A stretch of DNA of 64,000 bases from Planctomycetota bacterium (GTDB lineage: Bacteria; Planctomycetota; UBA8108; SXIK01): positions 4,512,001-4,576,000 of the forward strand of contig OZ244999.1 of NCBI GenBank assembly GCA_965223265.1, given 5' to 3'. This document shows positions 46,930 through 56,473 of the stretch, piece by piece. Positions within the stretch are counted from its first letter, which is position 1. Each line of letters begins with the position of its first letter. Made by a program: the position numbers and the translations under genes. Under the pieces are notes generated by a model. It was not told where the DNA came from. It made no database searches and saw only the letters and a list, made by a program, of their open reading frames with translations.

Positions 46930-47648
46930 GTTCCGACCTCCACGCCGCGCAGTCGCGAGACCTCCTCACGCGTCCGCAGCTTGGCGAGGCCGTCGAGGGT
47001 CGCCTTGACGACGTTGAGCGGATTCGCGCTCCCATAAACTTTCGTCAGCACGTTTTTGACGCCGGCACACTCCACCACCGCACGCACGGCGGCACCTGCG
47101 ATGACGCCGGTTCCTTCGGCGGCCGGTACCAACACGACCTTCGAGGAAAGGAATCTCCCCACTACCTCGTGTGGGATCGTGTTCCCTTTGAGGGAAACCT
47201 TGCGCTGGTTCTTCCGCGCTTCCTTGAACGCCTTCTCCACCGACGGCGGCACTTCATTCGCTTTCCCGAACCCGATGCCGACCGCGCCTTCACGATCACC
47301 GACGACGACAAGGGCGCTAAAGCTGAAACGACGGCCACCCTTGACCACGGTGGCGCATCGGTTGATGCGAACAACACGCTGTTCTTCTTGCTGCGCGTCC
47401 GGGTCGTCGCTTTGTCGACCACGGGGGCCGCGGCCCCGGTCTCGGCCGCCGAAACCGCCGCGACCGTGCGGGCGTCGACCGTCGCCGCGCGATCCACCGC
47501 CCCCACCACCGCCGGCCGAGCCACCTTGCGCGGATCTGGTCGGAGACGCGGGAGCGCTCGCTGGACGAGTCTCTGAACGAGCCGGCGCCGCTGCCTCAGT
47601 CTCGCTGCTAGCAGGCGTTTCGTCCTTCTTTTTCGGTTCCTCACTCAC
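46926..47648 (-). CDS. rpsE: 30S ribosomal protein S5 with long disordered N-terminal extension
   Basis: VVKGGRRFSFSALVVVGD; GTG start after AGGAG. Confidence 0.96.
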   Translation of the reverse strand: MSEEPKKKDETPASSETEAAAPARSETRPASAPASPTRSAQGGSAGGGGGGGSRGDGRRPHGRGGFGGRDRGRGPRGRQSDDPDAQQEEQRVVRINRCATVVKGGRRFSFSALVVVGDREGAVGIGFGKANEVPPSVEKAFKEARKNQRKVSLKGNTIPHEVVGRFLSSKVVLVPAAEGTGVIAGAAVRAVVECAGVKNVLTKVYGSANPLNVVKATLDGLAKLRTREEVSRLRGVEVGT

Positions 47649-47805
47649 GGAAGCACTCCTTCGTGTCTCTCTGCAAAAAGTCTCTTTGACGGCTGTTGGA
47701 TCGCCGCACTCTGTACACCCTCGCCGCCGACTTCGCGGCTTAGAGGGTTCCACAGATCTTTCATTGTGTGAATGGATTCTCTGTGTGCTGCGTCCAAATC
47801 CGCGA

Positions 47806-48183
47806 CTATATCTTGAGCCCCGCTTCTCGCGCCCCCTCGGCCACGGCCTTCACACGACCGTGAAAGCGAAAACCGTTGCGATCGAACGTGCACCGTTCGA
47901 TCCCGAGTTCCTTCGCCTTAGCGCCGATCAACTTACCGACGACAGTGGCTGCATCGCGCTTGCCACCGTCCCCGGAAATCTGATCACGCACCTGCTTCTG
48001 CTGCGTCGAGACCGCTCCGAGCGTCACCCCTCGGAAGTCATCGACGAGCTGACAGGAAATGTGTTTCGAGCTACGAAAAACGGTCAAACGTGGCTGCTCA
48101 GCGCTTCCGAACACCTTCCGGCGCACGTGGCGCTTGCGTCGCAATCGGCGGCGCGTCTTCTGAATGGATTCTTTACGTCTCAT
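47806..48183 (-). CDS. rplR: 50S ribosomal protein L18
   Basis: PRLTVFRS, FDRNGFRFHGRV. Confidence 0.97.
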   Translation of the reverse strand: MRRKESIQKTRRRLRRKRHVRRKVFGSAEQPRLTVFRSSKHISCQLVDDFRGVTLGAVSTQQKQVRDQISGDGGKRDAATVVGKLIGAKAKELGIERCTFDRNGFRFHGRVKAVAEGAREAGLKI

Positions 48184-48198
48184 GAAACGAAACTTCTC

Positions 48199-48756
48199 TT
48201 AGTCGCTGGAACCAAAGCTCTTGCCGGTCTTGCGAATGATGCGCTCACCTTCGTACCGAATGCCCTTACCCTTGTAGGGCTCCGGAGGTCGGATCTTTCG
48301 AATCCCGGCCGCGAACTCACCAACCAGCTGTTTGTCCGGCCCCTGCACGACGATCGTAGTCGGGTTCGGGACCTCGACTTTGATCGTCTCGGGAATCGGG
48401 ATGTCGACGGGATGGCAAAACCCGATCTGTAGTGTGATCTTCTTCCCGGCCAACTTGGCGTTGTAACCGACGCCTTCGATCTGCAGCGTTTTGCGAAAGC
48501 CAGAGCTGACACCTGTCACCATGTTCGCCAAAAGCGCTCGCGACGTGCCGTGGTAAGCGCGATCGAACTTGCTGTCGCCATGTCGCGTCACGCGAGCTTC
48601 GTCGCCTTCGATCGTCAGCGAGACCTCGGAGCGGAAGCCAAAGCTCAACTTTCCATTCGGACCTTCAACCTTGACCTGCGTCCCCGAGCCATCTTTGCTC
48701 TGGGATACCTTGACACCCGAAGGAATCTTGATGGGTAGTTTTCCGATTCTGGACAC
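48199..48756 (-). CDS. rplF: 50S ribosomal protein L6
   Basis: MSRIGK, PEPYKGKGIRY. Confidence 0.98.
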   Translation of the reverse strand: MSRIGKLPIKIPSGVKVSQSKDGSGTQVKVEGPNGKLSFGFRSEVSLTIEGDEARVTRHGDSKFDRAYHGTSRALLANMVTGVSSGFRKTLQIEGVGYNAKLAGKKITLQIGFCHPVDIPIPETIKVEVPNPTTIVVQGPDKQLVGEFAAGIRKIRPPEPYKGKGIRYEGERIIRKTGKSFGSSD

Positions 48757-48820
48757 TGCTGTTTCATCCCCTCTGGGATGCTCGTCTCAAGAAGAACTCA
48801 CGCAGCACGCGCGCGCTACG

Positions 48821-49219
48821 CTACCAGACTTCACACAACACTTCGCCGCCGACGCCGAGTTTCTTCGCCTCGATGTTGGACATGACGCCACGTGACGTTG
48901 ACACGACCGAGATTCCAAGCCCATCGAGCACATCGCGAATCTCCTTGCCGCGCGCATACCAGCGGCGGCCTGGTTTTGAGACACGCTGAATGTGCTGAAT
49001 GACCTTTTCACCGTCAGGGCCATACTTCAGGTCGACGCGCAGAAAAGGCTTCGTCCCTTCCATCTCAGAGCGGTAATCAGCGATGTAGCCCTGCTCTTTG
49101 AGGACGCGAAGCACATTCTTCTTCAGATTCGAATGCGGCACGGAGACCGAAGCCGAGCCGTTGAAGTTGGCGTTGCGAATGCGCGTTAAAAGGTCCGCAA
49201 CTGGATCCGTCATACTCAT
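48821..49219 (-). CDS. rpsH: 30S ribosomal protein S8
   Basis: DPVADLLTRIRNA, SKPGRR. Confidence 0.98.
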   Translation of the reverse strand: MSMTDPVADLLTRIRNANFNGSASVSVPHSNLKKNVLRVLKEQGYIADYRSEMEGTKPFLRVDLKYGPDGEKVIQHIQRVSKPGRRWYARGKEIRDVLDGLGISVVSTSRGVMSNIEAKKLGVGGEVLCEVW

Positions 49220-49273
49220 GGTTCAAGAACCTTTTCTGTGCCGCCGCGACGACTCGCCGCGAGACTCACATCC

Positions 49274-49459
49274 CTACCAGCTCGACTTTCGCACACCGGG
49301 GATCTCGCCCTTGAGCGCCAGTGTTCGGAAGCAGACACGGCAAATCTGAAACTTACGATAGTACGCGCGACGCCGTCCGCAGAGTTGGCAACGATTGTAA
49401 CGGCGAGTGGAGAACTTGGGCGTGCGCTGCTGTTTGACTCGCCAAGACGTCTTTGCCAC
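49274..49459 (-). CDS. rpsN: 30S ribosomal protein S14 (type Z)
   Basis: [24 protein letters not shown]. Confidence 0.97.
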   Translation of the reverse strand: MAKTSWRVKQQRTPKFSTRRYNRCQLCGRRRAYYRKFQICRVCFRTLALKGEIPGVRKSSW

Positions 49460-49463
49460 CGGA

Positions 49464-50003
49464 TCACCTCCTGAACGGAAAACCGAAGTACTCTAAGAGT
49501 GCAAGCGACTCTTCGTCGCTAGAGCGGTCGATCGTCATGGTGACGTCGAGGCCTTGGACGAACTCTACGGAATCAATGTCAATCTCGGGGAAAACCATCT
49601 GCTCGGTCAGTCCGAGTGAATAGTTGCCACGGCCGTCGAACGCACGACTCGAAAAGCCGCGAAAGTCGCGAATACGTGGAATCACGACGCTGATGAGACG
49701 GTCCAAGAACTCGTACATACGACGACCGCGCAGCGTCACCTTGACGCCAACGTCCATGCCTTCGCGGAGCTTAAATCCAGCGATCGACTTGCGCGCCTTA
49801 GTAACGACCGGTTTCTGACCAGAGATCAAGCTCAGGTCACGCGTCGCCGCTTCAATGCGCTTCGAATTCTCCAGCGCTTTGCCGACGCCCATGTTGAGCA
49901 CGATCTTGTTGATGTGCGGCACAGCGTGAAGGTTCTTGTAAGAGAACCTCTCGCGCATTTTGCCGACGATCTCATCTTTATATTTTTCGAGCAGCCGAGC
50001 CAT
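49464..50003 (-). CDS. rplE: 50S ribosomal protein L5
   Basis: [15 protein letters not shown]. Confidence 0.98.
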   Translation of the reverse strand: MARLLEKYKDEIVGKMRERFSYKNLHAVPHINKIVLNMGVGKALENSKRIEAATRDLSLISGQKPVVTKARKSIAGFKLREGMDVGVKVTLRGRRMYEFLDRLISVVIPRIRDFRGFSSRAFDGRGNYSLGLTEQMVFPEIDIDSVEFVQGLDVTMTIDRSSDEESLALLEYFGFPFRR

Positions 50004-50006
50004 AGT

Positions 50007-50312
50007 CTATACGGGTTCGCCGCTGCGTTTGGCGTAACGGACCTTGCGTCCGTCCTCCATGCGAAATCCAACGCGCGTCGGCTGATTGGTCTTCGGATCA
50101 ACCAGCTGGACGTTGGAAACCGGGAGAGGCGCCTCCCGCTGCACACGACCTCCTTGTGGATACTTTTGACTTCGTCGAAGGTGCTTGTAGCGTAGGTTGA
50201 TTCCTTGCACCACAACCTGGTCGGTTTCCTGCAAGACGCGCACCACGCGCCCCTGCTGACCAGCGAAAGCGCCCGAAATCACGACAACCAAATCATCGCG
50301 CTTCAGATACAT
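50007..50312 (-). CDS. rplX: 50S ribosomal protein L24
   Basis: KRDDLVVVISG, EAPLPVSNV. Confidence 0.96.
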   Translation of the reverse strand: MYLKRDDLVVVISGAFAGQQGRVVRVLQETDQVVVQGINLRYKHLRRSQKYPQGGRVQREAPLPVSNVQLVDPKTNQPTRVGFRMEDGRKVRYAKRSGEPV

Positions 50313-50314
50313 GC

Positions 50315-50683
50315 TTAGACGACCTCCGGCGCAAGTGAGATGATCTTCATGAAGTTCTTCTGTCTGAGCTCCCGCGCGACCGCACCAAAGATGCGCGTTC
50401 CTCGCGGGTTTTTTTCGTTGTCGACGATCACAACCGCGTTGCGGTCGAAACGGACGTAGGATCCGTCCTCCCGTCGCACGGAATGCTTCGTGCGCACGAT
50501 GACTCCCTTGACGACATCGCCTGGCTTGATTTCGCTCGAAGGCAGCGCCTTCTTCACCGAACAGACGATGATGTCGCCCAGAACGGCCTGGTTGCGCTTC
50601 GAGCCGCCGAGAACATGGATACACTGCACCACTTTGGCGCCGGTGTTGTCCGCGACGTCGAGCTTGGATTGCATCTGGATCAT
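50315..50683 (-). CDS. rplN: 50S ribosomal protein L14
   Basis: [20 protein letters not shown]. Confidence 0.98.
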   Translation of the reverse strand: MIQMQSKLDVADNTGAKVVQCIHVLGGSKRNQAVLGDIIVCSVKKALPSSEIKPGDVVKGVIVRTKHSVRREDGSYVRFDRNAVVIVDNEKNPRGTRIFGAVARELRQKNFMKIISLAPEVV

Positions 50684-50718
50684 CTTGGCACTCTTCTCGT
50701 CTTCGTCGTGAGTTTTAC

Positions 50719-51027
50719 TTAGTTCGTCGTCTCTGCCGAATCCAGCGGTGCGCCCCGACTCTTCGCTCGCTCGACGATCTCAACGAGTCTCCACGTCTTC
50801 GACTTGGAGAGCCGCCGCGTCTGCGCAATCGTCACCGTGTCGCCCTGACGAGAAGCGTTCTCCGCGTCGTGCACCTTGTAACTGGTGCGGCGGCGAATGT
50901 ACTTCTTGTACAGGGGGTGCTTGACGAGTCGCGTCACGGTTACCGACCGGGTCTTGTTCATCCGATCGCTCGTCACGACTCCAGTGACCAGCCGTGGTCG
51001 CTTTCGTCCTGCTACCGATTCCGACAT
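50719..51027 (-). CDS. rpsQ: 30S ribosomal protein S17
   Basis: [17 protein letters not shown]. Confidence 0.97.
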   Translation of the reverse strand: MSESVAGRKRPRLVTGVVTSDRMNKTRSVTVTRLVKHPLYKKYIRRRTSYKVHDAENASRQGDTVTIAQTRRLSKSKTWRLVEIVERAKSRGAPLDSAETTN

Positions 51028-51102
51028 TTCAATCCTTCCAGTTAATCAAGACAGCCGTTCGCCCGGCGGTGACGAACGCATCGCTCGCCCGATAGCCGCG
51101 GT

Positions 51103-51294
51103 TCACGAGGCCCGTGGCTCGTTCAGAACCGTGAGACACTGAGCGATGTATTTCTTCAAACTCTTCATCTGCCCTGGATTCTCCAGGTCCTTCCCCTTGG
51201 CTTGAAATCGCATGCGGAACAGCTTCTCACGGGCCTTCTCGAGTTCCGTTCGAATCTCCTGTTCGGGAAGCTGTCTGAGTTCCTTGACTTCCAT
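51103..51294 (-). CDS. rpmC: 50S ribosomal protein L29
   Basis: ELR..LFRMRFQ; position between rplP and rpsQ. Confidence 0.93.
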   Translation of the reverse strand: MEVKELRQLPEQEIRTELEKAREKLFRMRFQAKGKDLENPGQMKSLKKYIAQCLTVLNEPRAS

Positions 51295-51323
51295 TTGCCT
51301 TAACTTCCAGCGACTGTTTTCCG

Positions 51324-51743
51324 CTAAACGCGTGGGTGACGCCGGACCATCCGCACGCGCACCGGCAGCTTATGGGACACACGATTCAGAGCCTGCTTGG
51401 CGAGATCCTGCGGCACGCCGCTGACCTCGTAGAGAATCGTTCCAGGCTTCACCACCGCCGCGTAGTAATCAGGTTCACCCTTTCCCTTGCCCATCCGCGT
51501 TTCGGCAGGCTTCGAGGAAATCGGCTTGTCGGGAAAAATACGTATATAGATGCGCCCCTCGCCGCGCAGGAGCTGGTTCGCGGTGACGCGTCCGGCTTCG
51601 ATTTGCGACGCGGTGATCCAGCCGGGATCGAGAGACTGCAATCCGAAGTCACCGAAGGAGACCAGATTCCCGCGTGTGGCGTTGCCCTTGGCTCGTCCAC
51701 GCTGGTGCTTCCTGAACTTAACCCTTTTTGGCATGCGAGCCAT
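51324..51743 (-). CDS. rplP: 50S ribosomal protein L16
   Basis: PKRVKFRK, RMGKGKG. Confidence 0.98.
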   Translation of the reverse strand: MARMPKRVKFRKHQRGRAKGNATRGNLVSFGDFGLQSLDPGWITASQIEAGRVTANQLLRGEGRIYIRIFPDKPISSKPAETRMGKGKGEPDYYAAVVKPGTILYEVSGVPQDLAKQALNRVSHKLPVRVRMVRRHPRV

Positions 51744-52383
51744 GAATCTGGCCCTCCTCGCTGTACTGGCCGTGATAAACCCAGCACTTCACGCCAATGG
51801 TGCCGTACGTGGTTTTCGCTTCGGTGAATCCGTAGTCGACGTGTGCCTGGAGCGTCTGCAGCGGGATCTTGCCCTCGCTGAACGACTCACGGCGCGCCAT
51901 TTCAGAGCCGCCAAGCCGGCCCGCGACGATCAGCTTGACTCCAAGTGCGCCCCGATCCATCGCCGCCTTGATGGCATTCTTCATGACGCGGCGAAACGCA
52001 GCGCGGCGAACCAGCTGCTGCGCGACCGCTTCGGCCACCAGCTGTGCTTCAATGTCCGGGTTGGAGACTTCGCGGATCTCGAGCTTCACCTCTTGCCCAC
52101 AGATGTGTTCGAGATCTTCCTTCAGCTTGTCTACCTTCGCGCCTTTGCGGCCGATGATCACACCGGGTCGAGACGTGTAAAGGAAGATGTGCACGCGTTC
52201 ACGCTCGCGCTCGATTTCCACCTTCGGAATCCCAGCGAACTCAAACTCGCGCTTGATGAATCGCCGCAGCAACTGATCCTGAACGAGCAAGCGGCCGAAG
52301 TTCTGCTTGTCGGCGAACCAGCGTGAACGCCAGTTCTCCGTGATTCCGATTCTGAAGCCTGTGGGGTGAACTTTCTGTCCCAT
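51718..52383 (-). CDS. rpsC: 30S ribosomal protein S3
   Basis: MGQKVHPTGFRIG, GRLGGSEMAR. Confidence 0.98.
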   Translation of the reverse strand: MGQKVHPTGFRIGITENWRSRWFADKQNFGRLLVQDQLLRRFIKREFEFAGIPKVEIERERERVHIFLYTSRPGVIIGRKGAKVDKLKEDLEHICGQEVKLEIREVSNPDIEAQLVAEAVAQQLVRRAAFRRVMKNAIKAAMDRGALGVKLIVAGRLGGSEMARRESFSEGKIPLQTLQAHVDYGFTEAKTTYGTIGVKCWVYHGQYSEEGQIHGSHAKKG

Positions 52384-52427
52384 GAGTGAGGTCCTTTTGG
52401 CGCCGCGATCGCACACGCCGAAGCGCG

Positions 52428-52862
52428 TTACGCGGAATGACCGGCGTCCGCTTTTTCCGCTGTTTTTGTTCCTGAATTGGCTTTTTCCGTTCCCGAGCCG
52501 GCCGCACTCGAGCCGTCGTCACCGACGCGCCGCAGTGCAACCCGAAGGTGACACGTGCGTCGTAAGCGCGGATACGCGCGACCTTGCGCACGCGGCCGCC
52601 ACCTCTTCATGGTCGGCCCTTCGTCGACGTACGCCCGCCAGATCACGAGCTCCTCCGACTCAGCGCCGACGGCCTGCGTGGCGTTAGCGATCGCTGAACG
52701 TACGACTTTGTGAATCATTGGCGCAGCGCGTCGCTGGCAAAAGGCCAACTTGTTGAGCGCACTGTCGACCGACTCGCCGCGGATCAAATCCATGACGAGC
52801 CGCGCCTTCCGCGCCGACACCCGCGCGTATTTGTGTTCCGAGGTAAAAACTCCGTCAGCCAT
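52428..52862 (-). CDS. rplV: 50S ribosomal protein L22
   Basis: SARKARLVMDLIRG, RPRAQGRA. Confidence 0.97.
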   Translation of the reverse strand: MADGVFTSEHKYARVSARKARLVMDLIRGESVDSALNKLAFCQRRAAPMIHKVVRSAIANATQAVGAESEELVIWRAYVDEGPTMKRWRPRAQGRAYPRLRRTCHLRVALRRVGDDGSSAAGSGTEKANSGTKTAEKADAGHSA

Positions 52863-52877
52863 AGCGAAACTCTTAGT

Positions 52878-53138
52878 CTACTTTCCCTTCTTGCCGCCGC
52901 CGTGACCGCGGAAGTTCCGCGTCAAGGAGAACTCACCGAGCTTGTGCCCAACCATATTCTCCGTGACGTAGACCTTTCGGAAGTCTTTGCCGTTGTGGAC
53001 AAGGAATGTCGTGCCAACGAACTCCGGGATGATCGTGCAGGAGCGCGACCAGGTCTTCACCGAATCCTGGCGCAGTGACACCACTTTCTTGACCAGCTTC
53101 GGGTCGACGTATGGACCTTTCTTGAGCGAGCGTCCCAT
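52878..53138 (-). CDS. rpsS: 30S ribosomal protein S19
   Basis: [16 protein letters not shown]. Confidence 0.98.
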   Translation of the reverse strand: MGRSLKKGPYVDPKLVKKVVSLRQDSVKTWSRSCTIIPEFVGTTFLVHNGKDFRKVYVTENMVGHKLGEFSLTRNFRGHGGGKKGK

Positions 53139-53162
53139 GAGCTCGGCCTCTCCTAGCGTTAC

Positions 53163-53996
53163 TTAGCGATTTTTCTTTCGACGACGGACGATGTGCTTAT
53201 TCGACTGTTTGCGCGGCTTGCGAGTCTTTCCACCCTTGGCGGGCACGCCCCACTTGGACTTCGGGTGCCGACCTCCCGAGCGTCGCCCCTCACCGCCTCC
53301 CATGGGGTGCGCTACCGGGTTCATCGCCGAGCCTCGCACCGTTGGGCGGATGCCGCGCCACCGGTTCCGACCAGCCTTACCGATGACCACACTTTGGTGA
53401 TCTGAATTGCCGACCTGGCCAATGGTCGCCTTGCACTCGAGGTGCACACGGCGCACCTCTTTCGAAGGCATGAGAACCAGCGCGTAGTTGCCTTCTTTGG
53501 CTTGGATGGTTGCCGACACGCCGGCTGAACGAACAAACTTCGCGCCTTGACCCGGCCTCAATTCAATGTTGTGAATAGGAATGCCAGGCGGAATCTTGCG
53601 GAGCGACATCGAGTTGCCCACCTTGGGCTCGGCCGCCTCACCCGCAACGACGCTTTGACCCACCTCAAGCCCGCTCGGCGCGATGATGTAAGCCTTCGCG
53701 CCGTCGGCATAGTGAAGCAGCGCAATCCGCGCCGAACGATTCGGATCGTACTCGATCGCCGCAACCTTTGCGGGGACGCCGGCCTTCGTGCGGCGAAAAT
53801 CGATGATGCGATACTTCGGCTTGTGGCCACCGCCGTGATGCCGCATCGTGATCCGACCCGTGTTGTTTCTACCGCCGTGCTTCTTGAGCTTAACGAGCAG
53901 CGACTTCTCGGGTCGCTTCTTGGTGATCTCTTTGAAGTCCGAGACACTGCCGCCGCGGCGCCCAGGACTGGTCGGTTTGTAGATTCTAACGCCCAT
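53163..53996 (-). CDS. rplB: 50S ribosomal protein L2
   Basis: [21 protein letters not shown]. Confidence 0.98.
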   Translation of the reverse strand: MGVRIYKPTSPGRRGGSVSDFKEITKKRPEKSLLVKLKKHGGRNNTGRITMRHHGGGHKPKYRIIDFRRTKAGVPAKVAAIEYDPNRSARIALLHYADGAKAYIIAPSGLEVGQSVVAGEAAEPKVGNSMSLRKIPPGIPIHNIELRPGQGAKFVRSAGVSATIQAKEGNYALVLMPSKEVRRVHLECKATIGQVGNSDHQSVVIGKAGRNRWRGIRPTVRGSAMNPVAHPMGGGEGRRSGGRHPKSKWGVPAKGGKTRKPRKQSNKHIVRRRKKNR

Positions 53997-54013
53997 GGCG
54001 ACTCACCTTGCTC

Positions 54014-54292
54014 TCAGTAAACATCCAACTTGTCGCCCGGACGCAAGGTGACGATCGCTTCCTTGCGTGCCTTCGTGTATCCCAGCGAACGTCCGGTCCG
54101 TTTCAGCTTGCCGCGGCGACGCCGCACGTTGACCTTCCGCACCTTGACATCAAACAACGCCTCGATCGCCTGCTTGACCTGAAGCTTATTCGCGCTGATC
54201 GCGACTTCGAAAACGTAGGCGTTCCCCTGCTCGATCGAGCGAGTGCTCTTCTCGGTGAGTATGGGGCGCCTGAGAACAGTGTGAAGGTCCAT
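54014..54292 (-). CDS. rplW: 50S ribosomal protein L23
   Basis: PILTEKS, ANKLQVKQAIE. Confidence 0.97.
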   Translation of the reverse strand: MDLHTVLRRPILTEKSTRSIEQGNAYVFEVAISANKLQVKQAIEALFDVKVRKVNVRRRRGKLKRTGRSLGYTKARKEAIVTLRPGDKLDVY

Positions 54293-54328
54293 GGTTTTCT
54301 AACTGTATTCTTGTCGATCAATTCCTGG

Positions 54329-54973
54329 TCACGACGACGCACTCCCGCTCTCCAAGGCGCCGAGAGCGTCCGGGAGAAAAACGAGGGTCGCCGCCAGCAA
54401 CACCTGCCGTGCGTTCCAATCTGAAATCGGGGCCACCTCGACACCGGGAATGTTGCGAGCCGACAAGACCAAATTCCGGTCGTACTCTTTCGTCCCGATC
54501 AGGCAGCGCCCCTTGACGCCACACGCCTTCAGCGCCGCCGCCACGGTCTTCGTGCTCGGACCACTCAACTCAATTCCGTCGAGTACAAAGACGTTCCCGG
54601 CGGAGAACTTGTCGTAAATCGCCGAACGCAGCGCCAGTCGCCGCTGCTTGCGATTGATGGCGAACGAGTAGTCACGCGGTTTCGGGCCGAAGACGGTACC
54701 GCCGCCGCGCCAAATGGGAGACTTGCGGCTACCGGAACGCGCCCGCCCGGTGCCTTTCTGCCGCCACGGTTTCTGGCCCGAGCCGGCGATCTCGCCACGG
54801 CTCTTCACTTTGTGCGTCCCAGCGCGCCGATTCGCCTCGTACATGACGAACGCTTGCTTGAGCAAACGGTACCGTACGCGAGCGTCGAGGTCCGACGCCG
54901 CGATCGAGCGCGTCGAGGTCTCTTGACCTGCCGCGGAACGAACCGGCACTGAAAAGGTTTCTTCTGCTGACAT
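54329..54973 (-). CDS. rplD: 50S ribosomal protein L4
   Basis: [23 protein letters not shown]. Confidence 0.98.
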   Translation of the reverse strand: MSAEETFSVPVRSAAGQETSTRSIAASDLDARVRYRLLKQAFVMYEANRRAGTHKVKSRGEIAGSGQKPWRQKGTGRARSGSRKSPIWRGGGTVFGPKPRDYSFAINRKQRRLALRSAIYDKFSAGNVFVLDGIELSGPSTKTVAAALKACGVKGRCLIGTKEYDRNLVLSARNIPGVEVAPISDWNARQVLLAATLVFLPDALGALESGSASS

Positions 54974-55005
54974 AATTCGTGTCGTCGCTCCCTCGCGAGC
55001 CGCGC

Positions 55006-55674
55006 TCAGAGGCTCTCCTCGATCAACAAATAACCGCCACGAGGACCCGGCACCGCTCCTTCGACGACGAGAAGTTGATCCTCCTCGTCGATGCGGATGA
55101 CGCGCAAGTTGCGGACCTTGCGGTTCTTATTGCCGTGTTGGCCCGCCATTTTCTTACCTTTGAGCACGCGTCCCGGATCGGTGTGCATGCCGGTACTTCC
55201 CGGTTCCCGCACGTTCTTTGAACCGTGCGATTTATCTCCAGTGCGAAAGCCATGGCGCTTGACGGTACCGGTGAAACCCCGCCCTTTGGTGACGCCGCGC
55301 ACGTCGACGTGTTCGATTTCCTTGAACGCCGTCACGCCGATCTGAGCGCCAGGAGCGACCTCCCCGTCGCCGTCCGCACCGATCACGTCCGCAGAATCGA
55401 CGAACGGCACCTCGCGCACGAAGCGCTGCGTAGCCACGTCGATTTTGTCGAAATAGGCCTGCTGCGGCCGTTTCGCGGCCTTGCGGCCAGCCTCGAATCC
55501 CAGCTGCACAGCGGCATAGCCGTCACTCTCGGGCGTCTTCACGCGGAGAACCGTGCACGGCCCGGCCTGAATCACCGTCACCGGGACGCGGCGTCCGTCC
55601 TCAGTGAAGACCTGCGTCATGCCGACCTTCTTGCCGAGAATCGCTTTCTTGTTCTGTCGTGCTTTTCTGACCAT
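55006..55674 (-). CDS. rplC: 50S ribosomal protein L3
   Basis: GKKVGMTQ, KGRGFTG, GAVPGP. Confidence 0.98.
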   Translation of the reverse strand: MVRKARQNKKAILGKKVGMTQVFTEDGRRVPVTVIQAGPCTVLRVKTPESDGYAAVQLGFEAGRKAAKRPQQAYFDKIDVATQRFVREVPFVDSADVIGADGDGEVAPGAQIGVTAFKEIEHVDVRGVTKGRGFTGTVKRHGFRTGDKSHGSKNVREPGSTGMHTDPGRVLKGKKMAGQHGNKNRKVRNLRVIRIDEEDQLLVVEGAVPGPRGGYLLIEESL

Positions 55675-55718
55675 GACTTCTTCGCTGTATGAAAAAAGCC
55701 TAACCGCTTGCGAAACGG

Positions 55719-56027
55719 TTAGGCCTTCATGTGCAGGTTAACTCCGGCTGGCATCGTGATCTTTCGGAGCGCGTCCATCGTCTTCCCCGTCGGTTCGGAG
55801 ATGTCGATCAAACGTTTATGCGTCCGAATCTCGAACTGCTCGCGTGACTTCTTATCGATGTGCGGCGAGCGGTTCACCGTGTAGCGCTCGATCCGCGTCG
55901 GCAGGGGCACGGGCCCACTCACCTTGGCGCCGGTGCGCTTGGCCGTCTCGACGATTTCGATGGAAGCGCGGTCGAGCACTTTGTGATCGTAGGCTTCCAT
56001 TCTGATGCGGATTCGTGTCGCGTCCAT
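55719..56027 (-). CDS. rpsJ: 30S ribosomal protein S10
   Basis: [19 protein letters not shown]. Confidence 0.98.
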   Translation of the reverse strand: MDATRIRIRMEAYDHKVLDRASIEIVETAKRTGAKVSGPVPLPTRIERYTVNRSPHIDKKSREQFEIRTHKRLIDISEPTGKTMDALRKITMPAGVNLHMKA

Positions 56028-56327
56028 GATCCTTCCAACTAGAGCGCTGACGACAGCGGTCAACGCGCGCGAAAAAGCCCCCTCGAAACGAGATGGCACC
56101 ATCAAGGAACGACACCCCCCGATGCCAGCGGCCAGAAACCATCGTCTGAGGCGACCAGGGCCGCTCTCGCTCCGGATGATGGTCCGGGGCCCGCACTCGG
56201 GGTCTGCGTTCCTCTCGAGAACTCCGGCCGGACCCCGCGAAGAGGCGGCCTCACGAACAGGCAGTTTTTCGTAACCCCTGCTCTTATCGAAACTAAGGGT
56301 TCCCTAACTTAGAGGGCAAAGGTTGAG

Positions 56328-56355
56328 ATTATAAAAGGCGAAAATGACCTGTCAA
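56328..56355 (-). promoter_or_regulatory. Consensus sigma70 promoter of the S10 operon
   Basis: TTGACA-N16-TATAAT. Confidence 0.75.
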
Positions 56356-56473
56356 CAGTCAAACCAGGCGTTCCGTGACAAAATATCGCGGCACACGCCG
56401 ACAACGCGCTTTGGCGCGTCGGCAACGCCAAAATCAGGCCATGCGGCGCGTTGACAGGCGCCAAGACTCGGCC

